Positions 25,378 to 36,169 of a DNA stretch of 64,000 nt are shown piece by piece; position 1 is the first letter of the stretch, and each line of letters opens with the position of its first letter. Position numbers and translations under genes: made by a program. The stretch is from Sphyrna mokarran (taxonomy: Eukaryota). The stretch covers positions 96,906,001-96,970,000 of the forward strand of contig JAGIQG010000008.1 of the NCBI GenBank assembly GCA_024679065.1. The letters are read 5' to 3'. The notes beneath the pieces were generated by a model. The model was not told the origin of the DNA and searched no databases. It was given only the letters and a program-made list of their open reading frames with translations.

Positions 25378-26722
25378 AGTACAGTAAGAAGTCTGACAAT
25401 ACCAGTTTTAAATCCAACCAATTTATTATGCTTTGTGGCATCCTTTCTTGCAATGTATTAGGTAGACAACGTTGGCCGAGTTGCAAGAATATGTACCGTG
25501 TATCTGGTGAATGGTAATTTCACGTTTGATGATGTCATCCATGTCGATGATCCGGCATGTCTTGCAGAGGTTGCTGTGGCAGGGTTGTGTGGTATTGTGG
25601 TCCCTGTTTTCCTGAAGGCTGGGTAGTTTGCTGTGAACAATGGTCTGTTTGAGGTTGGGCGGTTGTCTGAAGGCGATTTTCACGGCGATAAACCATACTG
25701 ACCTCCTCAGAAGACGAACATGGGACATGTGGACAGAGTACCCTTTGTTGTCCAGTACTTCCCCGGAGCGGAGAAGCTACAACATCTTCTCCGGAGTCTT
25801 CAACATATCATTGATGATGATGAACATCTCGCTAGGGCCATCCCCACACCCCCACTTCTTGCCTTCAGACAACCCTGCAACCTCAAACAGACCATTGTTC
25901 ACAGCAAACTACCCAACCTTCAGGAGAACAGTGACCACAATACCACACAACCCTGCCACAGCAACCTCTGCAAGACATGCCGGATCATCGACATGGATGA
26001 CATCATCAAATGTGAGAATACCATTCACCAGGTATAAGGTACACACTCTTACAACTCGGCCAACCTTGTTTATCTAATACGTTGCAAGAAAGGATGTCCC
26101 GAAGCATGGTACATTGGGGAGACCATGCAGACACTACGACAGCAGATGAACGAACATCGCTCGACAATCATCAGGCAAAACTGTTTCCTTCCTGTTGGCG
26201 AACACTTCAGCGGTCACAGGCATTTGGCCTCCAACCTTCGAGTAAACATTCTTCAAGGGGGCCTTCATGACACACGACAGCGCAGAGCCGCTGAGCAGAG
26301 ACTGATAGCAAAGTTCCGCACACATAACGACAGTCTTAACAGGGATCTTGGCTTCATGTCACACTATCTGTAACCCCCATGACTTGCCTGGGTTAGAAAA
26401 AAACCTCACTTACTGTGCTGTCTGGAGACAATACATATCTCTCTAACCTCAGTGGTCAGTGTTCCTTGCACTCACATTGTTAGCCACTTTAAGAGTTGAA
26501 CAGTAGGTTAGGTGTAAGGATTTGCATTCTAATCAGCAATCTGTAAACTGTCTGTGCTGATATGTGTGCTTTTGGAGACCAGAACACCTCATTCGCCTGA
26601 CGAAGGCCATAGAGCCGAAAGCTTATGAGTTTACTATCAAATAAATCGGTTGGATTTAAAATTGGTGTTGTCAGACTTCTTACTGTGTTTACCCCAGTCC
26701 AACGACGGCATCTCTACATCAT
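25378..26722 (+). mobile_element. Penelope-like element (GIY-YIG endonuclease C-terminus) with an inverted partial terminal repeat at 25378-25676
   Basis: CHSNLCKTC; LVYLIRCKKGCPEAWYIGETMQTLRQQMNEHR; EHFSG; LNRDLGFMSHYL; premature stop at 26035. Confidence 0.92.
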
Positions 26723-27273
26723 GACTTCTTTGATGAGTAACAGCATCTTTATAGTTTATTATAAAAAAAGCTTTGTCAAGTAGAAATGCAAGGCTTTTTA
26801 GCACACAGCAGGAAATACAAAGGCCTGTTCTTTCTTATACTTTCTAAATACCTAGCTCGCACACCAATCAAAAAATAAAAGTAAAGGAATGAGCTAAAGG
26901 TTAAAAGTTAATGGTTCAAAGGAAAAGGACAGTGGAGTCTGTAAAATGACATCCAGGTGAAAGAGCTGGTCTCTCAGATCTGTGAAACTTGCATTGCTTT
27001 TCAGGAGGACTTGAGGAACATTTCCAGGTATTCAATTCCAATATTGAGAGCAACTTAGGAAGAATTTATATTCACTTCCAGCAATGCACTAGCTCTAGAC
27101 TGGAAAGAGCTGTGGTCTTCTTTACACACACAGCTGGTCCTTTTTCTCCAAAGTAAAAACCAAAACCAACCTTTAAACCCAGTTTTGCAGGCATGACTTT
27201 TTCAAAGCCAAGAACAACAAAGTGATTCCTTTTGTACACAATCCACAAGGGTCAAGAGGTATTAGGCTCCTTT

Positions 27274-30200
27274 CAAAGAACAAAACAGCATGGGAAACAG
27301 GCCCTTTGGCCCAACGAGCCTGCACTGCATCCCAATGTCCCCACCTCTACCCGTGATCCCTGTCTATGTTTATAGATCTATAGATTTAAAACCAAATTTG
27401 ATTAAATTTAAGGAGAATTTGTTTTGCCAATTAGCCTAAGAGCACATCTTTGGGATGTGGGAGGAAACCGGAGTACCCGGAGAAAACCCACGCAAGCACA
27501 GGGAGAACGCACAAATTCCCACAGACAGTCCCAAATCCATGTATCTGCACAGCACAGCGATAGTCACTGAGCTGTTGTGTTGCCCATCAAATGGTCCAGG
27601 TCAAGCGTACACTAACGACGTGAAGCACTAGGATACTCTCGAAAAAAAATCCAAGAGCAGCCCTCTCACGACCCACCGCGTGTATGCCCCTTGTTAGACA
27701 ACAAGGTGGACCAAAGCACCTGTAGGATAAAAATGAGTACATCAATATCATCATCTATTTACACACTCCCAGGGACTCCCACGGCTCATGATCCCATTAA
27801 ATCAGTTTTCTATACCCCTCCATTCCCATTCTGTTTATGTGCCATCTTGGCTTTTATTGGTAGGGGGATGATTTTCGGAGCCGCAACGTCATGTTGCAAC
27901 TGTACAAAACTCTAGTGCGGCCGCACTTGGAGTATTGTGTAAAGTTCTGGTCCCCACATTATAAGAAAGATGTGGAGGCATTGGAGAGGGTACAGAGGAG
28001 GTTTACCAGGATGTTGCCTGGTATGGAGGGCAGGTCTTATGAGGACAGGCTGAGGGATTTGAGGTTGTTTTTGTCAGAAAGAAGGTGGCTAAGAGGAGAC
28101 CTTATTGAAACATATAAGATGATTAGAGGTTTAGATAGGGTGGACAGTGATAGCCTTTTTCCTAGAATGAAGAAAGCTAGCATGAAGGGACATAGCTTTA
28201 AATTAAGGAGTGGTAGTTATAGGACGGATGTCAGAGGTAGGTTCTTTACCCAGAGGGTGGTAAGGGTATGGAATGCCCTGCCTGCTGCAGTTGTAGATGC
28301 ACCAAGTTTGGAAGCATTTAAGAGGTCAGTAGATAGGTTTATGGATGAAAAGGGAATGGTTTAGGTTAGAGGGTCATTGCTTTCTCTTAATTGGTCGGCG
28401 CAACATCGAGGGCCAAAGGGCCTGTTCTGCGCTGTAATGTTCTATGTTCTATGTTCTATCTAAGTATTTCTTAAATAATTCCAGAGTGCCTGCCTCCCCC
28501 ACTTTACTTGGCAACGCATTCCATACCCCCACCACTCTCTGTGTGAAAAAACTCCCTCTAGCATCCAAATTATACCTTACCCCCCTCACCTAAGCCTGTG
28601 ACCCGTCGTGCTATTCGAGTCCATCCTAGGAAAAAGCTTAACCCTGTTTACTCTATCTATACCCCTCATAATCTTGTACACCTCTATCAGATCTCCTCTA
28701 AGTCTACGTCTTTCTATGGAAAACAGTCTCAATTTGCCTAATCTCTCCTCGTAACTCAGACCTCATACCAGGCAGCATTCTGGTAAACCTTCTCTGCACT
28801 CTCTCCAGAGTCTCCATGTCCTTCTGGTAGTAAGGCGACCAGAACTAGATGCAGTATTCCAAATGAGTTCTAACCAATGTTTTATACAACTGCAACATTA
28901 AAGGCCAGCTCTTATACTCTATACCGCTTTCTATAAAGTCTAGCATACCATATGCTTTCTTCACAAACTTCTCCACTTGCTCTGTCACCTTCAGAGACTG
29001 GTGCACCTGCACCCCCAGGTCCCTCTGCATTTCTATACTCCTGATAGGTCTACCCTTTATCATATACCTCCCCGCTACATTCTTTCTCCCAAAATACATC
29101 ACCTCACATTTATCAGGATTGAATTCCATCTGCCATCTGTCTGCCCAGCTATGTCCTGCTGCATTGCCTGACAATGCTCCTCACTATCCGCAAGTCCAGC
29201 CATCTTTGTATCGTCTGCAAACTTGCTGATCACTCCACTTACTCCCTCTTCCAAGTCATTTATATATATTACAAATAGAAGCGGTCCCAGTACCGAGCCC
29301 TGCGGCACACCTAGTGACCAACCTCCAGCTAGAAAAACACCCTTCCACTGTTACTCTCTGTCTCCTATTACCAAGCCAGTTACTTATCCATCTAGCTACC
29401 TGTCCTTGTATCCCATGAGCCTTGACCCTCTCAACTAACCTCCCATGAGGGACTTTGTTAAACACCTTACTAAAATCCATATAGACGACATCAACGGCTC
29501 ACCCTTCGTCCATTGTTTTTGTCACCTCCTCAAAAAATTCTATCAGATTTGTAAGGCACGACCTCCCCTTAACAATTCCATGCTACGTATCCCTAATCAG
29601 ATTGCAACGCTCTAAGTGCCTATACATGCTATCTCTAAGAATCCCCTCCAACAGCTTCCCTACCACTGACATCAAACTCACCGGCCTGTAATTCCCAGGG
29701 TTATCCCTACTACCCTTTTTAAACAACGGTACAACATTAGCTATTCTCCAGTTCTCTGGGACCTCACCTGTATCCAAAGAAGAGACAAAGATTTGCGTCA
29801 GAGGCCCAGCAATTTCACCTCGCACCTCCTTGAGCAGCCTGGGATAAATGCCATCAGGCCCCAGAGATTTATAAGTTTTCATGCTACCTAGAAGCTCTAT
29901 CACTTCCTCCCTTGGTATAGATATTTCCCTCAACTGGTCCACAGCTTCCTCATAGACAGGAGCTATCAATAAGCCCTTCTCCTTCGTGAATACCAACGCA
30001 AAGTATTCATTCAGGATCTCCGCTATTCCCTCGGGCTCTAAGCACAGTTCCCCTCCTCTGTCCCTAAGAGGTCCGATTTTTCCTCTAATCACCCTTTTAT
30101 TCCTAACATAGGAGTAAAAAGTCTTTGGATTTTCCTTAATCCTATCCGCCAAAATCATTTCATGCCCCCTTTTGCCCTTCTAACTCCCCGTTTGAGCTCC

Positions 30201-31570
30201 CTCCTACTCTCTCTATATTCCTCCAACGCTGTCTCCGTTCCCAGCTGTTTTGACCTCTCATACACCTCTCTTTTCTTCCTAGCCAAGTCCTCAATATCCC
30301 TAGTAATCCACGGCTCTCTAATCCTACCTTTCCCATCTTTCCTCTTAGCTGGCGCATATCTATCTTGCAACATTTTCAGAATTCCCTTGAAAGAATCCCA
30401 CATGCCTAATGTGGACTTACCCTCGAACAACCGTTCCCAATCAGTTTCCATAAGTTCCTGTCGAATCCGACTGTAGTTAGTCTTCCCCCAATTCAGCACC
30501 CTGACCCTAGGGCAACAAGCATCCTTTTCCATCTGTACCCTTATGTAGACAGAATTGTGGTCACTGTTAGCCATATGTTCCCCGACTGCCCTGCCAACCA
30601 CTTGCCCTGGCTCATTACTCAGAACTAAATCCAATATAGTCCCTTCTCTAGTCCTTCAACGATCCTTCCAGTACACATTTTACAAATTCCTGCCTGTCCA
30701 AACCCCCAGCTCTAGGTACTTTCCAATCCACACTAGGGAGATTAAAATCTCCCACTGCAACAACTCTGTTCTTTCTGCACCTATCCAAAATGTCTTTACA
30801 TATGCCTTCTTCAACTACCCGCGGGTTGTTGGGTGGCCTATAATACACCCCTAGCATTGTAATCATCCCCTTTCTATTCCTCAACTCCACCCACAGCAAC
30901 TCCACTCCTAATTCCTCTGTATTGTCCTCCCTCTGCACCGCCATGATGCTCTCCTTAACTAACAACACCACTCTCCACCTCTTCTGGACCCTCCTCTGTC
31001 ACGCCTGAAACACTTATACCCAGGAATGTTCAGTTGCCACTGCTCCCCTTCCTTTAACCACGTCTCCGTCACTGCAACCATATCCAAGTTCCTCACAAAC
31101 ATTAAGGCCCTAAGTTCATCCGTTTTTCCTGTTACGCTCCTCGCATTGAAACAGACACACTCCAGACCTCCAAGCCCACTCGGAACCTCCTTCTCCCTGG
31201 TGTATTTCTTCTCATCTAAGCTTACTCTATCCCCCATCTCACTCTCTACCGAGCTATCGGTCTCAGCCCCTTCCCCCCTCCATATTAGTTTAAATCCTGC
31301 CGAAACACTCCAGCTAACCTTCCAGCTAAGATATTCACGCCTTTCCCATTTAAGTGATCCCCGTCCCTTCTATACAAGTGCCCTTCTTTCACAAAAACTT
31401 CCCAGTTATCCACAAATATGAAACCCTCTGCCCTACCCCAGTCCTTCAGCCACACGTTCAGCTGTAGGATCTCATTTCTCCTGGCTCCACTATTACCTGG
31501 CCCTGGAAGCAGCCCTGAGATCGCCACCCTGGAGGCCCTGCTCTTCAGCCTACCCCCCAACTCCCTGAAC
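27274..31570 (-). mobile_element. Long CR1 LINE (ORF1 esterase end, APE endonuclease, RT, V-core 3' UTR), decayed
   Basis: NARS, VAVTETW, GVYYRPP, GDFNLP, SDHN and RT motifs; ORF1 end DGDHLNGKG. Confidence 0.95.
27848..28457 (+). mobile_element. Second CR1-family 3' fragment nested in the opposite orientation
   Basis: ORF 27891-28364; (TTCTATG)n tail; atct duplicated at both junctions. Confidence 0.9.
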
Positions 31571-31759
31571 TGCGAGACAGTGGAATGCTCGAAATGGTAT
31601 CCAGTTGGTCGCTCAGCATTCAAATCTGTGAAACAATTGATGATTCTTGCACTGCTTTTCAGGTGGGCTTTATGAAAACTTCCAGACACTTAATTTCAGT
31701 ATCTCGGCTACTTAGAGCAGTCTATAATCACTTCCAGCTGTGCACTGATGAGGATCTTG

Positions 31760-32105
31760 TTAAGGATCTTGGCTTCATGTCACACTATCTGTAACCCCCG
31801 TGACTTGCCTGGGTTAGCAAAAAACCTCACTTACTGTGCTGTCTGGAGAAAATACACATTTCTCTAACCAATGCTCAGTGTTCCCTTCACCCACGTTGTT
31901 AGCCACTTTAACACTTGAATAGCCGGTTAGATGTAAGGATTCGCATTCTAATCAGCAATCTGTGACTGTCTGTGTGGATATGTGTGCTATTGCAGACCAG
32001 AACACTGCATTTGCCTGACGAAGACAAAAGTCGAAAGCTCGCAGATTTGCTATCAAATAAATCGGTTGGATTTAAAATTGGTGTTGCTAGATTCTTACTG
32101 AGTTC
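31760..32105 (+). mobile_element. Penelope 3' fragment
   Basis: DLGFMSHYL* followed by a UTR homologous to 26343-26685. Confidence 0.88.
32009..32046 (+). ncRNA. Minimal type I hammerhead ribozyme (Penelope-associated)
   Basis: AUUUGC-CUGACGA-A-GAC(AAAA)GUC-GAAA-GC-UC-GCAGAU: intact core, 6-bp stem I, 3-bp stem II, palindromic AGCU stem III. Confidence 0.75.
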
Positions 32106-32965
32106 TCACATGACCTCAGCCCAGCTGTGCCACACAACCAAAGAATCCCCGGCCCAGTCCAAACACCCTCCCCAAAGCTCCTGCACCCATTGGGGCTTCC
32201 TACCCCACCCTGTACCATACCATGTCAGCACCCACCCTCATACACCAGTGAGGTATGGGACATCAGTAATGCTTATCTCCTTACTCTCCCTCACAACTGC
32301 TGCACTGGAACCACACTTTATAAAAGCAATAATTCACACCCGTGTGATGTCACACCAGAGCTGTATCTGCATTCCCGGAGCGGGGAGGTAGGGGAGTGTG
32401 TCCAATTCACTAATAAGATTGCAATGCAGTCAATCTCATGCTCATCAGCCTTGCACCCTTTCAGGGTGAGAATGGACGCAAACTGGTTAAGGAAACAGGA
32501 GAATTGCAAACTGTTTGGCGCAGGGTGTGAAACAGATTTTCCAGGATTGGTGAAATTTACTAACAGAGCAGTGAGGGCGGGAAATCACCCCACGCTCCGA
32601 GATTGTGTAACTTGTGTTAAACTTTGATCGAGCACTTATGAAGAGTGTTGCTGGCATCCACTGAGGTTGATTTTAAACCCTATCCATCTTAACGAATCCT
32701 GGTTTTCCTTTCCATCTTTCCCTTCCAGATGTTTAATATGGAACAATGTGGTCTAAACATCAGTGAAAGTGGGTGATGCTGAGAAATCTCTGCAGTGGGT
32801 CTGCTGTGAGAGCCGATTTAAAAATAGGATGTTGTATAGAAATGTAATGAGCAAGAATACTCCCTGATATTTAACGTCAAGGCGAAAACCAAAATCCGTC
32901 AGTGAGCAGAGATTCCTCCGGGTCACTTTGAAATCAATCCAGGATCACAACTGGGCGTGAACAAT

Positions 32966-32980
32966 GAAACGAAAGTGAAA
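32966..32980 (+). promoter_or_regulatory. ISRE/IRF-binding element upstream of paralogue B
   Basis: GAAACGAAAGTGAAA: three GAAA cores including GAAANNGAAA, ~75 bp before the ATG. Confidence 0.6.
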
Positions 32981-33055
32981 TGAAGAGATAGTTTTGGAAA
33001 TGAGCTTCAAGAGTCTATTCCCGGGATAAAATGTTTGTCTTTTTCCAAATGAAGG

Positions 33056-33107
33056 ATGGGGATTTTATTTTTAAGTGTTGTCGCCATGGCTTTCATTTCA
33101 CCAGCAG
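33056..33107 (+). CDS. NCR3LG1: Paralogue B exon 1, signal peptide (MGILFLSVVAMAFISPA)
   Basis: aggATGg Kozak context; hydrophobic leader; CAG|gtaaga phase-1 donor compatible with the IgV exon. Confidence 0.78.
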
Positions 33108-33404
33108 GTAAGATATCAGAGTCCTGTTTCGCGGTCACTTTGGAATACCAGCTTTTGAATCACCAATTCCGCCTTTCTTCTCCATTATCTTCCCTGACAG
33201 AAAACTTTTCAATTCCCTGCCGTTTTGCACGCATTTAGCTTTCAATGATGAATTGTCCAAAGGTTTTCAGTTAACTGTACTTGTGACCCCTAATTTTTAT
33301 TTGATTTCTCCCCATTCCACAGGGCTATGTAGCATTAAGACTCTCAAGTATTTTGTTTTCTCCTTAACTCTATTAAAATCCAATCTTTCGGAGAGGCTGG
33401 GAGA

Positions 33405-33685
33405 CTACAGATTTTCAGAGGTATCACAGAATACTACCTTCAGCCCATCAAGTCTGCACGGCCAGATGGAATGCTCCGACTTACCTACCTATTCCTATTT
33501 GCTAGCCATAGCCTTGAATGTTATGATATGCCAAGTCCTCCTCCAGATACTTCAGCACCTCCACCTGCACCATCCTCCCTGGCAGTGCATTCCAGACTGT
33601 CATCACCCTCTGAGTAAAAATGTTTTTCCTCAAATCCCCCCCCCCTCCAAACCTCCCACTCTTCACTTTTAACTCTTGTCCCCTT
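33405..33685 (-). mobile_element. CR1 3' end fragment
   Basis: TRGQELKV...IFTQRVMTVWNALP. Confidence 0.8.
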
Positions 33686-33935
33686 GTAACTGAGGGGAAC
33701 GCCTGCATAGAATTGACATATTGGTATTTGCAGCTCCAAAAAGAATTTTTTTGTTGCTTTCGTTTTCTTTGTCCAGTGAATATAATTTTAATTTGCTACT
33801 TTACAAACTGAAGGCGCATTTGTAAAAGTTCGAATACCCAGGTCTCATTGCACATTTCTCCCTCTCAATCTATTCAGATAATAATCTGCCTTCTTGTTTT
33901 TTGCTACCAATGTGGATGGCCTCATGTTTTTGCAG

Positions 33936-36168
33936 AGGCAGTGGCACATTGATATTGTTGCTAGACTGGTAATCCAGAGACCCAAGATAACTTGGACACA
34001 GGTGAGGTCCCAGAGGACTGGAGAATAGCTAATGTTGTACCGTTGTTTAAAAAGGGTAGTAGGGATAACCCTGGAAATTGTAGGCCAGTGAGTTTGACAT
34101 CAGTGGTAGGGAAGCTGTTGGAGGGGATTCTTAGAGATAGGATGTATAGGCACTTAGAGCGTTGCGATCTGATTAGGGATATGCAGCATGGATTTGTTAA
34201 GGGGAGGTCGTGCCTTACAAATCTGGTAGAATTTTTTGAGGAGGTGACAAAATCAGTGGATGAAGGGCGAGTTGTTGATGTTGTCTATATGGATTTTAGT
34301 AAGGTGTTTGACAAAGTCCCTCATGGGAGGTTAGTTGAGAAGGTCAAGGCAAATGGGATACAAGGACAGGTAGCTAGATGGATAAGTAACTGGCTTGATA
34401 ATAGGAGACAGAGAGTAATAGTGGAAGGGTGTTTCTCTAGCTGGAGGTCGGTCACTAGTGGTGTGCCGCAGGGCTCGGTACTGGGACCTCTTCTATTTGT
34501 AATATATATAAATGACTTGGAAGAGGGAGTAAGTGGAGTGATCAGCAAGTTTGCAGATGATACAAAGATGGCTGGACTTGCGGATAGTGAGGAGCATTGT
34601 CAGGCGATGCAGCAGGACATAGATAGGCTGGTAGCTTGGGCAGATAGATGGCAGATGGAATTCAATCCTGATAAATGTGAGGTGATGCATTTCGGGAGAA
34701 AGAATGTAGGGGGGAGGTATATGATAAAGGGTAGACCTATTAAGAGTATAGAAACGCAGAGGGACCTGGGGGTGCAGGTGAACAAGTCTCTGAAGGTGGC
34801 AGAGCAAGTGGAGAAGGTTGTGAATAAAGCATATAGTATGCTAGCCTTTATAGGAAGGGGTATAGAGTACAAGAGCTGGCCTTTAATGTTGCAGTTGTAT
34901 AAAACGCTGTTAGACCTCATTTGGAATACTGTGTCCAGTTCTGGTCGCCTTACTACCGGAAGGACGTGGAGATTCTGGAGAGAGTGCAGAGGAGGTTTAC
35001 CAGGATGCTGCCTGTTATGGAAGGTCTGAGTTATGAGGAGAGATTAGGCAAATTGGGACTGTTTTCCTTAGAAAGACGTAGACTTAGAGGAGATCTGATA
35101 GAGGTGTACAAGATTTTGAAGGGGATAGATAGAGTAAACAGGGTTAAGCTTTTTCCTAGGATGGACTCAAATAGAACGAGGGGTCTCGGGCTTAGGGTGA
35201 GGGGGGTAAGGTATAATGTGGATGCTAGAGGGAGTTTTTTCACACAGAGGGTGGTGGGGGTATGGAATGCGCTACCAATTAAAGTGGTGGAGGCAGGCAC
35301 TCCGGAGTTATTTAAGAAATACTTAGATGGGCACATGAACAGAATGGGAATGGAAGGGTATAGAAAACTGATTTAAAATAGGGATCATGAGCCTTGGGAG
35401 TTCCTGGGAAGTGTGTAAATAGTTGATGATATTGATGTACTTGTTTTTATCCTACAGATGCTTTGGTCCACCTTGTTGTCTAACAGGGGGCATACACACG
35501 ATGGGTCATGAGAGGACTGCTCTTGGATCTTTTTCGAGAGTATCCTAGTGCTTCACGTTGTTAGTGTATGCTTGACTTTGATGGGCAACACGACAGCTCA
35601 GTGACTATTGCTGTCCTTGTGCAGATACATGGATTTGGGCCTGTGTCTGTGGGAGTTTGCGCGTTCTCCCTGTGCTTGCATGGGTTTTCTCCGGGAGCTC
35701 CAGTTTCCTCCCACATCCCAAAGATGTGCTCATAGGCTAATTGGCAAAACAAATTCTCCCTAAATTGTCTCAAATTTGGTTTTTAATCCATGGATCTATA
35801 AACATGGACAGAGATCGTGGGTAGAGGTGGGAACATCGGGGTGGCGGCGTTGGCTCGTTGGGCAGAAGGGACTGTTTCCCGTGCTGTTTTGTTCTTTCAA
35901 TATTCTTTGAATAATGCTCTGGGAATCCAGATTTGAATCCCACCATGGCAGATGGAGAAACTTGAACTCAATAAAAATCTGGAATTAAAAGTTTAATGAA
36001 ACTATTGTCAATTGTTGTAAAAATCCATCTGATTCATGAATATCCTTTAGGGAAGAAAATCTGTCGTCCATACCTGGTCTAGCTTATGTGTGACTCCAGA
36101 TCCAATGGAAGGGCAATAAATCCTGACCCAGCTAGCGATGCCTACATCTCATAAATGAATTTAAAAAA
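33936..36168 (+). mobile_element. tRNA-derived SINE split by a CR1 insertion (pieces 33936-33990 and 35911-36168)
   Basis: Head ...ctagactggtaatccagagaccc continues as ataatgctctggg...gaatcccaccatggcag; ataa at both junctions. Confidence 0.65.
33991..35900 (+). mobile_element. 5'-truncated young CR1 LINE with a complete 3' UTR
   Basis: RT ORFs 33992-35029 and 34921-35376 (one frameshift); ~520-bp 3' UTR ending in gttttgttcttt. Confidence 0.95.
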
Positions 36169-36169
36169 T

